Counted from the stretch's first letter, positions 29,619 to 44,920 are shown. The stretch: DNA of 64,000 nucleotides from Longimicrobiales bacterium (GCA_965219445.1 CBDCNQ010000001.1:160001-224000); one strand, 5' to 3'. Translations and numbers: made by a program. Notes: generated by a model from the letters alone, not told the origin.

Positions 29619-29994
29619 GAGATGGCCTCCTGATGAAGCGTTTGAGAACTCACCATGGACGCTGACGAGCGGGCTGGCAAGCATCAGCCGGTGCAAGGGA
29701 TAGCGCGAGAGGCTTTTTCAAGAGATCATGAGGTCCATCTATCCGAACTCGTATACCCTGCACCCACAGCCCGGGCGAACCGATGCCCACTACGATGGCC
29801 AGCCGGTGGACCCGACCAACTGGACCCATCCCCCTTTCGAACCGACGTTCTATACGGCGGCGATGGAGGCCGGAGGGGAGCCGCGGATGTTTCCCGAGGA
29901 AGGGGAGGCGGTCCGGTGTCCCGTTAAGGAGCTCCACATGAATCGCCCCCTCGCCATGTCTGACGGCGTCACCCTACCGGCTGGTTCGACCTGA

Positions 29995-32572
29995 ATGGAA
30001 GGCCACGCCTATCCGTTGGAGCCCTCAACGGACCAGATGCGGGTGATGGTCGATAAGGCAGCCGAGCGGGTGATCGATCACATCGCTTCGCTACCGCGTC
30101 AACCGGCCTCCTACGACGAACACGAGGCCGATGCACATGCCAGGGCGGCCGCACTTGCCGAGTCCCTCCCGGAGCGGGGCACCGACCTCGATGGGCTCTT
30201 GGACCTCCTGTTCCGGGAGGCGGTCCCGCTCTCCTACAACACGGCTGCACCGGGTTATCTCGCGTACATCCCCGGGGGTGGCGTCTTCCCGTCCGCGGTC
30301 GCCGACTTCATCGCGAACGCCGTGAATCGATACGTCGGGGTGTGGATTGCCGCACCGGGACTCGTGCAGCTCGAGCTGAACGTCGTTCGGTGGTTCTGTG
30401 AGATCATCGGCTATCCACCCAGCTCTGGTGGCATCCTCACCAGCGGCGGGTCCTTGGCGAACTTCACCGCGATGGTAACCGGGCGGAGGGAACGCCTTCC
30501 CGATGACTTCCTGGCCGGGACGATCTACACCTCGGACCAAACCCATCATTCCGTTCGGAAGGCGGTGATCCTGGCGGGTTTTCGGGAGGAGAACGTTCGC
30601 GAGATCGCCACGAACGAGGACTATGAGATACGCCTCGACGACTTGCGGCGGCGCATCGCCGAAGACCGGGAAGGCGGACTGCGACCCTTCATGCTCGTGA
30701 CCAGCGCGGGCACCACGAACACGGGGGCCGTCGACGATCTAGTGTAGTGTAGCAGAAATCTTATGCCTAATAGATACATGCGGTAGATTCCTCGCATGGG
30801 ACTTCCAGTGCGTAGGATTCGGTTGCGCCGAGGAGAACGCAGGCGCTTGGAGCGATTGGTGAACAAACGGACCACACCGCAACGCGTGGTCGAAAGGGCC
30901 AACATCGTTCTCTGCTCTGCCGAGGGACGGTCGTGGTCGGCGATCTGCCGGGAGGTGTGGGCGTATCGAGGCCGACGGTCACGCAGTGGCTCGACCGGTA
31001 CGAGGCAGGTGGCGTTGAAGAGCTGCTCGAGGACCGACCACGCTCGGGTCGACCCCGCAAGATCACTCGGGACGACGAAGCGGAGATCGTCCGCAAGACC
31101 CTCGAGGAGAAGCACGCAGACGCCACGCACTGGAGTTGCCGTCTCATGGCCAAGGAAGTGGGCGTCCATCCGACCACCATCTCGCGGATCTGGCGGGCTC
31201 ATGGACTACAGCCCCACCGCATCGAGTACTTCAAGCTGTCCACTGATCCTCACTTCGTTGAAAAGTTGCGCGACGTGGTGGGTCTCTACGTCGATCCCCC
31301 GGAGCGGGCCGTTGTCTTCGCTTTCGACGAGAAGAGCCAGATCCAAGCCCTCGACCGCACCCAGCCAGGTCTTCCCCTCAAGAAGGGGCGCGCTGGAACC
31401 ATGACCCATGACTACAAACGTCACGGCACGACGACACTCTTTGCTGCCCTCGACGTAGCCACCGGGGAGGTCGTCCACGAGTGCTTGCCGCGCCACCGGC
31501 ATCAGGAGTTTCTGCGGTTCCTCCGCAAGATCGAGCGCAGCGTGGCTTCCGAACTCGACATCCACGTGATTCTCGACAACTACGCCACCCACAAGCATCC
31601 GGCCGTCAGGGCGTGGCTCGACAAACACCCTCGGGTCCACTTCCACTTCATTCCCACTTCATCCTCTTGGCTCAATCTCGTCGAGCGCTTCTTCAGCGAA
31701 CTCACGACTCGTCAGCTCAAGCGCCTCGCCGTCACCAGCGTGGACCAACTAATCGAGGCGATCAACCACTACATCGATCGCAGAAACGATAACCCCACAC
31801 CCTTTGTCTGGACCGCCTCTGCACAATCCATCATCGCCAAGGTCAGCAAAGCGAAAGAGACTTTGGCTACACAGCACTAGGTGGCGCCGCCGACGTAGCC
31901 GAAGACGAGGGACTGTGGCTGCATGTCGATGCGGCGTATGGCGGTTTCTTCATGCTTACGGAGCGAGGGCGGGAGGCCATGCGAGGCATCGAGCGGGCTG
32001 ACTCGGTCGCGCTCGACCCGCATAAGGGGTTGTTTCTGCCGTACGGCAGCGGATCACTGCTTGTGCGTGATCCCGAGGCGCTGCGGCGGGCGCACACGAC
32101 CTTCGCCGACTACATGCCGGAGATGCAGCAGGACGTCGACCTCGTCGACTTCTGTCAGATATCGCCCGAGCTGTCCCGGGACTTCAGGGGACTGCGAGCG
32201 TGGCTTCCCATCAAGCTCTTCGGAATCGATGCCTTTCGCTCGAGCCTCGATGAAAAGCTCGATCTCGCGCGGTGGGCTACCGACCAGCTCAGAGAGGTAC
32301 CGGGCATGGAGATCCTCGCGGAGCCCCAGCTCTCCCTCACTGCCTTCCGTTGGGCTCCTGCAGGCTACTCCGAAGACGGACTGAACGACCTGAACCGCGA
32401 CCTGCTCACTTGCGTCAACGCTCGACAGAACGTCTACCTCACCGGCACGATGCTTCGGGACCGGTACGCCCTTCGGATCTGCGTGCTCTCATTCCGGACG
32501 CACCGCGACCGCATGGAACAGTGTGTCGTCGACATTCGGGAGTGCATGGAGGAGCTGACCAGGGCGGAATAG
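29995..32572 (+). pseudogene. PLP-dependent group II (aromatic amino acid-type) decarboxylase split by IS630
   Basis: GILTSGGSLAN, AGTTNTGAVDDL | WLHVDAAYGG, DPHK (PLP Lys); removing the IS and one TA restores a 479-aa frame. Confidence 0.9.
30742..31877 (+). mobile_element. IS630-family element, transposase frameshifted near 30960
   Basis: FDEKSQIQAL, ILDNYATH, SWLNLVERFF; inserted at CTAG with TA duplication; IRs GTGTAGTGTAGC / GCTACACAGCAC. Confidence 0.92.
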
Positions 32573-33197
32573 CGACTCCCACTACGCGTCTAGTGGCTCC
32601 ACTTCGAAGCTCACCCTCCGTGCATCGAACGCCATGCGGCCACCGATGTGCCTGGAGTTGTCGATGGACTCGGGGTACCCCCGAGGTTGGGTCAATAGGT
32701 GTGTAAACGTATCAGGCGGTATTCTTCCGCTGTTGGGTTGAGACCTCTTTTATATATATGTAGCAGTATGGCTAGTAGTGGTGGGTGGCCGAAGGAGTGG
32801 AAGGACGAAGTAGCCAGGCGGGGCGGATCATCGTCACAGCAGTGTAACCTACAGTTTGTGAGTTGCACCGGCCAGGCAGTCAGCCTATTGCTGGATCAGC
32901 TATCGGCAGGGCTCGAAGAGGTTCGAACGGACGGAGGTCGGGCCTGGACTTGTTTCGTATGCATGTGCGGGAGCAGCAGATACGTGAGTTGGGGCGGACA
33001 CGTTGCTGCGCGGGCGTGTTCCGGGCGGCAGCTGGATTCCAAGTATATGGCGCGCCGCACCGATGGCCTACTTGTTGAGCAGGGGGAGTAGCGGTGGAAG
33101 GCGAAAGCGCCTAGGGGCGGATGCAGCTACACGTTTGGGGCAACTCTGGGGGCACAATATAGATACCCCGAGCAGATGAGCTTTTAACCACAACGAC

Positions 33198-33449
33198 TTA
33201 CGGTCTCTTTATATAGGCGAGATCGACGCGCCGCCCGAGGTCGGCGAGCCCGGCGGCGCGTGCGACGGCGTAGAGGGCGGCCGCAACGGCTGCGAGTGCG
33301 AGCGCCAGGTGGAGGGCGAGCAAGACGCCGTGTTCGGCGAGGAGGAGCGGCCAATACGGCGCGAGGTATTCGAGGCGCGGCCCGGCGAGAAGGATGGCCG
33401 ACCCCGCGATGGCGGCGGTGAGACCGGCGCTGATCTTCCAGGGTTGCAT
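33198..33449 (-). pseudogene. Truncated membrane protein of a plasmid/ICE-like module
   Basis: Two TM helices; frame runs into an AT-rich junction at ~33215. Confidence 0.5.
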
Positions 33450-33467
33450 GGCGGGCCTCTCCCGTAG

Positions 33468-34370
33468 TCAGAGTTCGACTGCGGCCGGATCGCGGTCGGC
33501 GGGTCCCCGGAGCGAGGAGCCGTCGCCGCCGCCGCCCAGGCCGAGCGTGCGCAGCAGCCGCGCCGCGGCCGGTCCGTTGGCGTGTAGCGCGAACCCGGCC
33601 GCCGCTTTCGCCTTGATGGCCCCTTCGCGGTAGTTGCCGGAAGCGACCTCGATGTTGACGCGTCCAGCTCGCCCCTCAGAGTCGGTGTACTCGATCTGGG
33701 CGTCCGGATAGAGCACGTGCCCTTCGTCGTCGAGGGGGAGTCCGAGTTCGCCGGCGGTGCGGTGCCGTTCGGCATCGGCGGCCCGCTTGCCGTCCTTCAG
33801 CCGCGCCGCCTCGCTCCCGCGCGCGACGGCGCTCTTGAGTTCGGTGTCGAGCCGGATGCGCCGCACTGCTGCGCCCCGGTCGAGCAGGCGCTGCTTCTCC
33901 TTCATGCAGGCGCGGTAGACGGCGGTGTCGTGCGCGGCCTCGGCAGGCCGGGTGCGTGCGAACCGGATTTCCTGGCTGGGATCCATTCCCCGTTCGGCGG
34001 CCCGCTTCCGGGCCTCGGCCACGCCGCTGCGGGTGAGGGTCAGGACCTTGAACGGGTTGCCCCCGGGTCCGGTGGCCGTGGTCTCGGTGACGAGCCCTTC
34101 GCGGACCCAGGCGTTCACGGCCCGCCGGGTGGTGTAGGGATGTCCGCCGAAGCGGGCCTCGGCCAGATCGCGGTACGAGACGGCGCCGTAGACGCCGATG
34201 TCGGCGAGCGCCCCACGGCACCGTTCGGGGAAGGAGGTGGACCCGCGGTCCCTGCTCGCGGCGTATTCTCGGCGGTGGCCGTCCCGCATGCTGTAGCGAT
34301 TGCGGCTGGGTGGCGCGGCGGTCCGCGGGTCCGGTTCGACCGTGCGGTCGAACATCTCCTGGCTCCTCAC
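33468..34370 (-). CDS. wHTH plus nuclease-fold protein, replication-relaxation-like
   Basis: N-terminal wHTH (LTLTRSG), AAHD, YPDAQIEY...NIEV motif; high GC, downstream of an ardC fragment. Confidence 0.55.
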   Translation of the reverse strand: MRSQEMFDRTVEPDPRTAAPPSRNRYSMRDGHRREYAASRDRGSTSFPERCRGALADIGVYGAVSYRDLAEARFGGHPYTTRRAVNAWVREGLVTETTATGPGGNPFKVLTLTRSGVAEARKRAAERGMDPSQEIRFARTRPAEAAHDTAVYRACMKEKQRLLDRGAAVRRIRLDTELKSAVARGSEAARLKDGKRAADAERHRTAGELGLPLDDEGHVLYPDAQIEYTDSEGRAGRVNIEVASGNYREGAIKAKAAAGFALHANGPAAARLLRTLGLGGGGDGSSLRGPADRDPAAVEL

Positions 34371-34376
34371 CGACCG

Positions 34377-34670
34377 TCAGCGGCGCGGCCCGAAGGTCCG
34401 CTGCGGCACGGGGAGCGGCGGCACGGGATGGACGATTCGCCCCGGCGCGGGCGCGCGGGTCGCGGCCACGGCCGCGGGTTCGCGCGCGGCCTCGCGCTCG
34501 CGGTGCCGCGAGAGCACGAAGTCGGAGATCTTCTGCGAGTCGGCGGCGGCGCGGCGGATCTCGCGGGGGTCCTCCTCGAGTGCGGCGATCCAGCCCTCGA
34601 CGTACGCGGCGCCCCGGCTCGGGTCATGGCCGACGCCCACGCGCTCGCCCGTCATCATGGCACTGACGAC
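34377..34670 (-). pseudogene. ardC: C-terminal fragment of antirestriction protein ArdC
   Basis: AAYVEGWIAALEEDPREIRRAAADSQKISDFV resembles the ArdC C-terminal helix motif; the 5' part is replaced by an AT-rich junction. Confidence 0.7.
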
Positions 34671-34879
34671 TGCTAAACATCTATAAATACCTGATATTAA
34701 AAGACTTACTGCTTGTTGATCAGAGGTGATTCCCTCATTATATCCCTCTTTATGAACGGGAATCCATCCGACCGTATGAGAAGTCCGTGGTGTCCGTGGA
34801 CGAGTTCTGAGTGATCAACCGAGGCCGCGCGGCCGGGCGTGAGATCGGTATGTTCCAATCCGCGCTGGCCGATCCGGTG

Positions 34880-38025
<3,146 letters not shown>

Positions 38026-38029
<4 letters not shown>

Positions 38030-39354
38030 GTAACGGACTCCAATGCCATCTCGGCATCGCCTACGCGGATCTCACCCGAAATGAGCTTGGGGAGCAGCGT
38101 GTCGCGGAGGGCGGCGAGGGTGCGGGATTCCCGACCTGCCCTGCTGGCTCGCTCGAAAAGCAACCTAGCGGCGTCGCCGAACTGTTCCGCGAGCTGCACT
38201 GGAGGAGCGACCATCAAGAACCCTTCCAGTGCGGCTACCGGCACTCGCTGGCGGCCGCTCGTCCCGCTCATATTCTGGATTGCGAACTCCCGGAATTTGG
38301 CGCTACGTGCAAGGCAGTAGGCGAATTGATCGGGAAGAGGCGGCTTCGGCTTCAGGACAATGTATTCCGTAGAGCCCCATCCAACCTCGTTGTCCCGCAG
38401 GAAATCGACATAGGCTGTCTTGCCGTTCTCAAGGCATGGTGTGATTCGAGCGACGAGCGTATCGCCATTGGTGAAGCGCATCCCGGATCCGAACCGTCGA
38501 ACAGCAACGGAATCTGGCATGTGCCCCCGGGTCGGCATGTTGGCCATCGGGAGATACGGAGCGACTTGTCCTCTTCGTAGAGATCTTGTCGGGTTGACCT
38601 CCGTTAGCTCCCTCAACGGTTCTACCGTCCACCCTTCCGGCATCTCGCCCATCTCCGAATCGACCAGCCGGTCGGGGAACAGGTCGGCGAGATGGTCGGG
38701 CAATCCCGTATGACGGCCTTCCATCTTCGCCCGGACGGGATCGAAATCGACGAACCAAGACTTGAACAACGCCCGCGCCATCGCCTCCAGCGTCTCGTTC
38801 ATCCGCCGGTTCAGTTCGATCTTGTCGTCCAGTGTACCGAGGATGTAGGCGATGGCACGCTGATCAGCGAGCGGTGGTAGGACGATTGGCAAACGTTCGA
38901 TAGTGCTCTGATTGAGAGAGGCCATCGTCGTGCCAGTAGCGTGCTGAAGTAGCCAGGAGCGTGCCTCGTGACCCTGGAGCTGATATGCGATGAAGCGAGC
39001 GTCGCATGTGCTCGGTAAGCGGAGCCGAATACCGTCAGACCCGAGGAACCAGCCAGCCTGTTCCGGCTTGACCATCGCCAGACGGTCGACAGCACCCTTG
39101 CGCCCGAAGACGATGTCACCTGCTTGAAGCACGTATTCCGGCAGGCGCTCAACAACCTCAGGTGGGGCTCTGGGCGTCGATTCCTTAATGCGTAGCGCCC
39201 CGTAGCCGATCTCACCGACGGAGATTAGAGGAACGCCCTCCTTGGAGTATTCCTTGGCCTTCAGCGTCGTACCAAACGGCCCCGTCTTGACGTTCCCGCC
39301 ATCGCGAGCAAGCAGTGCGCCGATCGTCGTCTCTCCCAAGCAATTAGTTGCCAT
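38026..39354 (-). CDS. hsdS: Type I R-M specificity subunit
   Basis: Two TRDs, [10 protein letters not shown]...[21 protein letters not shown]. Confidence 0.93.
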
Positions 39355-40888
39355 ACCCAAGCGCCTTGAGGTTCGCTTCGATGGCCGCATCGAGCCGTGC
39401 ACCTTCGGCCTGCTGCCTGCGAAGCTTGCCGACCAGCCGCTTCATCTTGTCCTCGAACGGCTCGCCGTCTTCCTTTTGGGGCTCCACACCGACATAGCGG
39501 CCTGGCGTCAGCACATAGCCGTGCTTGCGCACCTCGTCCAGCGCGACATTCTTGCAGAAGCCGGGAACGTCGGCGTAGTCCTCGTCATCCTCGCCGGTGC
39601 GCCAGGCATGGTAGGTGTCTGCAATGCGGGCAATGTCCTCGTCGGCTAGCTCGCGATGCGTCCGGTCCACCATCGGACCGAGCTTCCGAGCATCGACGAA
39701 TAGGATCTCGCCCTTCCGCCGTCGTCCACGTGCCAGAAACCACAGGCAGGCGGGAATCTGAGTCGAATAGAAGAGCTGGCCCGGCAAGGCCACCATGCAG
39801 TCCACGAGCTCCGCTTCGATCAGGTTCTTCCGGATCTCGCCCTCGCCCGACTGATTCGACGACATGGACCCGTTGGCAAGCACGAACCCCGCCACGCCTT
39901 TCGGCGCAAGGCGGTGGAGCATATGCTGCACCCAAGCAAAGTTGGCGTTGCCCTTCGGTGGGATGCCGTAGCGCCAGCGCTTGTCGTCGACCAGCCGGTC
40001 GCCGCCCCAGTCCGAGACGTTGAAGGGGGGATTGGCGAGGATGAAATCGGCCTTCAGGTCCGGATGGCAGTCGTTGTGGAAGCTGTCGCCATGGGCGATC
40101 TGCCCCCCGATTCCGCGAATGGCCAAGTTCATCTTCGCGAGGCGCCACGTCGTGTAGTTCGACTCCTGGCCGTAGATCGAGATGTCACCGCGCGCTTTGC
40201 TAGCGTTGCCGTTGGCGTGGGCGCGAATGAAGGCGACCGACTGCACGAACATGCCCGAGGATCCGCAGCAGGGATCGTAGACCCGCCCCCGGTAGGGCTC
40301 CAGCATCTCAACCAGCAGCTTGACGACGCAGCGCGGGGTGTAGAACTCGCCGCCCTTCTTACCCTCGGCACTGGCGAACTGTGAGAGGAAGTACTCGTAC
40401 ACGCGGCCGAGCACGTCTCGGGAGCGGGCGTCGGCGTCCCCGACGCGGATGTTTCCGATCATGTCGATCAACTGGCCGAGACGCTGCTTGTCTAGGGCAG
40501 GCCGCGCGTAGTCCTTGGGCAGCACCTCCTTCAGCACCGGGTTGTCGTGCTCGATCGCGGCCATGGCGCGATCGACGGTCTGGCCGATGGTCGACTGCCT
40601 CGCCTGGGCCTTCAGGTGTGGCCAGCGGGCCTCCGGCGGCACCCAGAAGATGCTTTCTGCGATGTATTCGTCGCGATCCTCCGCGGCGTCCTCGCCCCAC
40701 TCAGAAAGCACCGCCGCATGACGCTCCTTGAAGGCGTCCGAGATGTACTTCAGGAAGACGAGGCCGAGCACTACATGCTTGTATTCGGCCGCATCCATCG
40801 AGCCACGGAGCGTATCGGCCATCGCCCACAGCTCGGCCTCATACCCTGTCGTTGCCCCACTATCGGCACGCGTACTCACTGTCTTCAT
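39344..40888 (-). CDS. hsdM: Type I R-M N6-adenine methyltransferase
   Basis: [19 protein letters not shown]. Confidence 0.96.
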   Translation of the reverse strand: MKTVSTRADSGATTGYEAELWAMADTLRGSMDAAEYKHVVLGLVFLKYISDAFKERHAAVLSEWGEDAAEDRDEYIAESIFWVPPEARWPHLKAQARQSTIGQTVDRAMAAIEHDNPVLKEVLPKDYARPALDKQRLGQLIDMIGNIRVGDADARSRDVLGRVYEYFLSQFASAEGKKGGEFYTPRCVVKLLVEMLEPYRGRVYDPCCGSSGMFVQSVAFIRAHANGNASKARGDISIYGQESNYTTWRLAKMNLAIRGIGGQIAHGDSFHNDCHPDLKADFILANPPFNVSDWGGDRLVDDKRWRYGIPPKGNANFAWVQHMLHRLAPKGVAGFVLANGSMSSNQSGEGEIRKNLIEAELVDCMVALPGQLFYSTQIPACLWFLARGRRRKGEILFVDARKLGPMVDRTHRELADEDIARIADTYHAWRTGEDDEDYADVPGFCKNVALDEVRKHGYVLTPGRYVGVEPQKEDGEPFEDKMKRLVGKLRRQQAEGARLDAAIEANLKALGYGN

Positions 40889-41450
40889 TGGCTCTCGTCG
40901 GTTTCCCTAGTGCCATGTTGCGGTGCTCCGGATATCGACACGGTTGGGCCGCTCGCCTCCGGTCCTGTTGGCATGTTTATCGATCCGGCCAACCTGCTAG
41001 GTCGACGGCAGGCAAGATACGACAAGTGTCGTGCCGGCGTATAGCTCGTCGATGCAGTTGCTATCTCGAGAGGTGCCCGATCCGCAATGGACCGACGTGC
41101 CCACAGAACAGCAGGGATCCGAAACAGCCGTCGGAGGCCCGTCCGTCGCCGAGGCTTCGCGTTTCGTGCTCGACTAGGATGCGGGGTGTGTCACGGGGCA
41201 TGAACTGTCCCGGAACAGAACCCACCGCGACCGACTGTGACTGTGGCTTTCCGCATGCTCTCTGGGAGCAGATCGGGCGTCCGTTGGCGGAGCCCGGTCC
41301 GCCTCTGGTACGTCGCTGGAACACCTGGGACATCGCCTTTTTGCCCGTTGTTGACACCGCATAAGGCGGGCTCCTCAATATACGGGTATGGCGATTCTGA
41401 CGGCCCAGGCTTCCGAGCGTCGGCGGGCGAGTTTGGCCGCTACGGCGGGA

Positions 41451-41504
41451 GAGCCAGCCTACCCTTTGGGGCCACGCTTCGCGGGTCCCCGGCAGGGGCT
41501 GGCG
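41451..41504 (-). other. oriT of the ColE1-type mob module
   Basis: Lies immediately upstream of mobC; minus strand ends GTAGGCTGGCTC, like ColE1 nic CTGG^CTTA, in the same orientation relative to the mob genes. Confidence 0.65.
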
Positions 41505-41545
41505 GGGGGCTGTGCCCCCTCTGACCCCCCCAACGGCAACGGCAC

Positions 41546-41887
41546 ATGAGGGGCGCTGGACGCGACGTGTGGGTGAAGATCCGCGCCAGCGAGGCGGAGC
41601 GTGCCGAGTGGCACGCGAAGGCGCGCTCCGCAGGGTTGACGCTGTCGGATCTGGTGCGCCGGTCGGTGGGCCGGGTGCGCCCCTGGACCGTGGCGCATGC
41701 CGAGGTGGAGCGAGAGCGCACCCGCGAGCTGGCGCGGATCGGGGCGAACCTGAACCAGATCGCCCGCTGGGCCAATACCTTCAAAGCGAACGCCGAGGCC
41801 GTCGAGATCGTCGCCCACCTGGTCGCCATCGAGCGGCCGCTTAGGACACTGGCCCCCGTCGTCCGCCCCGACGCCGATGCACATTAA
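41546..41887 (+). CDS. mobC: Relaxosome accessory protein MobC (MbeC-like)
   Basis: RHH N-terminus, ELARIGANLNQIARWAN. Confidence 0.9.
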   Translation: MRGAGRDVWVKIRASEAERAEWHAKARSAGLTLSDLVRRSVGRVRPWTVAHAEVERERTRELARIGANLNQIARWANTFKANAEAVEIVAHLVAIERPLRTLAPVVRPDADAH

Positions 41888-42616
41888 GTTCTTGGCCCGC
41901 GGAACGGGCTCGGCCCGGGAGGCGGCCGATTACCTCCTCGGGGCGCGGGACGCGGACGGGGCAACTGCGCGAGGGCGTGGAGGTCCTCCGGGGGGATCCC
42001 CATCGGGTGGCCGCGGTGGCCGACGCGCTGGCGTTCGAGCACAAGTACACCTCGGGCGTGATCGCCTGGGCACCGGACGACACTCCCACTGACGTGCAGA
42101 TCGGCGCGGTCATCGATGCCTTCGAACAGACGGCCTGGGCGGGGCTCGAGCCCGACCGCTACGCCTGGGCGGCCGTGGTGCATCGGGAGCGCGACGGAGG
42201 CGTTCACGTGCATGTCCTCGCCGCGCGATGCGACCTGGAGACCGGCCGGAGCCTCAACATCGCGCCGCCGGGCTGGCAGAAGACATTCGACCCGCTCCGC
42301 GACGCCTTCAACGCCGAGGAGGGCTGGAGCCGGCCGGATGACCCGGCGCGGGCGCGCGTGCAGCAACCCGGGCACCGCGCCTACGTCGAGGCGGCGCACC
42401 TGCGAGCCGGCCTCGCGCTCGAGCCCGCCCCCCGCGACCTGATCCGCGACTACCTGCTCCAGCGTGTCGAGCACGGCACGGTACGGAATAGGGCCGATAT
42501 CGTCGCCGCCCTGCGGGAGGCGGGCCTGGAGGTGCCGCGCCAGGGCCAGGACTACCTGACGGCCCTGGATCCCACGACGGGGGACCGGTGGCGTCTGAAA
42601 GGAGAGGTGTACGCAC

Positions 42617-43111
42617 ATGACTTCAAACGCGAACGACTTGACCGAGCGATTGCGCAGACGGCTGGAGAGCGAACGCCAGGCGATCGAGGAATTGACCGCG
42701 AGCGAGCTCGAGCGGCTCGGCGCGAACTCCAGGCGCGTTGCGAGCAACGCGCTACGTACCATCGAACGCGATACGGCGGTGGCGACCGGGCGGATGCGCG
42801 CGCTCCTGCTCAAGGCCTGGCTCCGGCCCCTGGTAGTCGGCCTGAGCCTCTGGCTCGGCATCTGCGGCGGGAGCTGGGCGACGCTGCACTGGCTGTCGAC
42901 GCGCATCCAGGCCCGGATCGAGACGGCCGCCGCCCTCGACCTGGATATCGGGGAGGCACGCCAGACCCTGGCGCGGCTCGAGGCGACCACCTGGGGAATC
43001 GCGCTTCGGGAGATCGAGGGGGAGCGGTTCGTGGTGCTGCCGGCCGGCGCGCTCGCCTATCCGCCTTGGACCGTGGACACTCGGCCGGCCGTGAAGCTGT
43101 CGAACGAGTGA
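42617..43111 (+). CDS. MbeB-like mobilisation protein overprinted in the relaxase
   Basis: Coiled coil plus TM helix, TWGI...RFVVLP; nested as ColE1 mbeB is. Confidence 0.75.
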   Translation: MTSNANDLTERLRRRLESERQAIEELTASELERLGANSRRVASNALRTIERDTAVATGRMRALLLKAWLRPLVVGLSLWLGICGGSWATLHWLSTRIQARIETAAALDLDIGEARQTLARLEATTWGIALREIEGERFVVLPAGALAYPPWTVDTRPAVKLSNE

Positions 43112-43120
43112 AGGAGCTCT

Positions 43121-43333
43121 ATGACCGCGTTAGAACAGCAGTTGACGAAGGCCTTGCGGGCGTTGTCCGCGCAGTACGAGCAGGCGCAGCAGCAGCACGC
43201 CACGCAGGTCGAAACCTTGCGGCGGCAGGTCGAAGCCTTGGAGCGGCAGGTCGCGCAGCTAAGCGGGCAAGCGACATACTTGGCCCGGGACTACAGGACG
43301 CTCGCCGAGAGGTTGAGCGGGCACTGGAGCTGA
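43121..43333 (+). CDS. MbeD/MobD-like protein overprinted in the relaxase
   Basis: MTALEQQLTKAL...LSGQ coiled coil; AAGGAG RBS; nested as ColE1 mbeD is. Confidence 0.75.
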   Translation: MTALEQQLTKALRALSAQYEQAQQQHATQVETLRRQVEALERQVAQLSGQATYLARDYRTLAERLSGHWS

Positions 43334-43546
43334 TGCGCCAGCGGGGGCGAGAGCGCGATCATGGTCCGAGCCGCTAGTGGTTCTCGGCTGCGAATCGGCC
43401 GGCGCCCGAGGATCAGTGGAGGTCCTTCGGCGGATCGGCGCGGCCTCCTGGGGCCGGAGTCTCTCCGGCCAGGTAGGCGACCAGTCGTTTCATGAGCCGG
43501 CCCGGTCGCAGCTGGTTCCAAGACCCACCCGGTCGACGTCGTGTTC

Positions 43547-43805
43547 CTATGGTCTTTTGTTGAACCTGAGGAGGGTGATCCGCGGTTCGATAGCTGCTGA
43601 GTTGAGTACCTTGTGGGAAAAGGCAGGTGCGACCAGGATTCCTCGCACCTTGTCTGCGGGTACGCCGCTCGACTCCATGTTTCCCATGTAGGACGTCAGT
43701 TGTGTGTAATCCCCACGTCGTGCCTCGACGATCTTCAGCTCAATTGCGATGTGCTCGCCCGACCTGCCCCTTGCGAGCAGATCAACCCTGTCGCTGCTGC
43801 TTTCG
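43547..43805 (-). pseudogene. C-terminal NucS/EndoMS-like PD-(D/E)xK nuclease fragment
   Basis: RVDLLA...IAIELK...QLTSYM...VRGILVA. Confidence 0.65.
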
Positions 43806-43840
43806 CTCAGGCGCTTTTTCCCCAACCCGGAGGTGTCCCC

Positions 43841-44536
43841 ATGTCTGTCCTTGCGTTCTTAGCTCTTCTCGTGTCTCTGGCGGCCATAGTCCGCCCCATC
43901 CCTCGAATCGGACTCTCCACCAGGAAAAGGGCAGTAGCCTGTTCGTTCGTTTTTCTTTTTCTCGTCAGTATCTCGACAGGTCCAAATACGAACGACACCG
44001 ATGTGACCGTCGTGCAGCCAATCGCGCCTGTGGAAGCACCTGTGGAAGCCACGGATCCAGGCGATGTACTGACATCCGAAGATTTACTAGCGGGATCGGC
44101 GGAATACGTGATCCATGAAGTGGGCGACTTTTCGTTCGGGACGATCCGGTCACGGATATCAGCCGATGTGACTACACCGGAGACGGACCCTGCCCGAGTA
44201 GTAGAGGCGTTAATGCGTGCGGCCATGGAGATCCAACTGGGTGGAGACATGCCCGATGTTGTAGACGTGAGCTTGTGGGAAATATGGCCGCGTCCCGAAC
44301 CTCCATCCCAGGGAGAATTTGAGGAATGGGACGCGAAACAACGGGAAGACTATCTCAGGCAAAGCGTATCGATAAGATCGATAACTTACGCGCCTGATCG
44401 TTGCGGGTGGACGGGTGAAGTGTGTGACGGCACTCTCTGGGATGACGTGACGGCTCAAGAGATGCCCGCGTGGATGCTGAGGGCCTGCCCCCGCATAATG
44501 GAGAGGCCCTGCGGATGGTGGACGCCTCGGTGGTGA
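43841..44536 (+). CDS. Membrane-anchored hypothetical protein
   Basis: GGAGG RBS, two N-terminal hydrophobic segments, soluble domain with Cys pairs. Confidence 0.6.
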   Translation: MSVLAFLALLVSLAAIVRPIPRIGLSTRKRAVACSFVFLFLVSISTGPNTNDTDVTVVQPIAPVEAPVEATDPGDVLTSEDLLAGSAEYVIHEVGDFSFGTIRSRISADVTTPETDPARVVEALMRAAMEIQLGGDMPDVVDVSLWEIWPRPEPPSQGEFEEWDAKQREDYLRQSVSIRSITYAPDRCGWTGEVCDGTLWDDVTAQEMPAWMLRACPRIMERPCGWWTPRW

Positions 44537-44579
44537 CGGAGACTGGCGGGTGGTGGCGCGCCCGTTACGGTTCAGCGGA

Positions 44580-44920
44580 CCGCTCGTGCGGCGGTGGTTG
44601 GGGCGCGTGGGCGTCGAGACGCTCTTTATCGAGCCGGGCAGCCCGTGGGCGAACGGCTACAACGAGAGCTTCAACGGCAAGCTCAGGGACGAGCTGTTGA
44701 ACGGGGAGATCTTCTGCTCGTTGGCGGAGGCGGCCGTGCTGGTCCAGCAATGGAGGCGCGAGTGCAATACCGTCCGACCCCACAGCGCCTGCGGCGGCTT
44801 TCCCCCGGCCCCTGAGGCGATTAAGCCGTCGCCCTGGTTCCTGAGGATGCCCGTCCTTTACGGCCCTCCACAGGTGCTGGGACTAACATAGGATGTGGTA
44901 CCACTCTTGGGGGCAGGTCA
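44580..44920 (+). mobile_element. IS3-family 3' fragment
   Basis: Near-identical to 27312-27650 in reverse complement; IRR ...GGGGCAGGTCA. Confidence 0.9.

Larger units (their letters stand above)
41877..43377 (+). pseudogene. mobA: MOBP/ColE1-like relaxase with a +1 frameshift near 41955
   Basis: MHIKFLARGTGS...DYLLG (catalytic Tyr) in one frame; VLRGDP, YTSGV, H...HVH in the next; one extra G. Confidence 0.85.

Noticed and set aside
29710..29994. Gene upstream of the decarboxylase
   Set aside because: Looks like a C-terminal fragment, but no family could be supported.
30950..30970. Programmed frameshift in the IS630 transposase
   Set aside because: No slippery run; an extra dinucleotide fits mutation or sequencing error better.
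32573..33130. ORFs or ncRNA in this 550-bp gap
   Set aside because: No motif, repeat or convincing structure seen.
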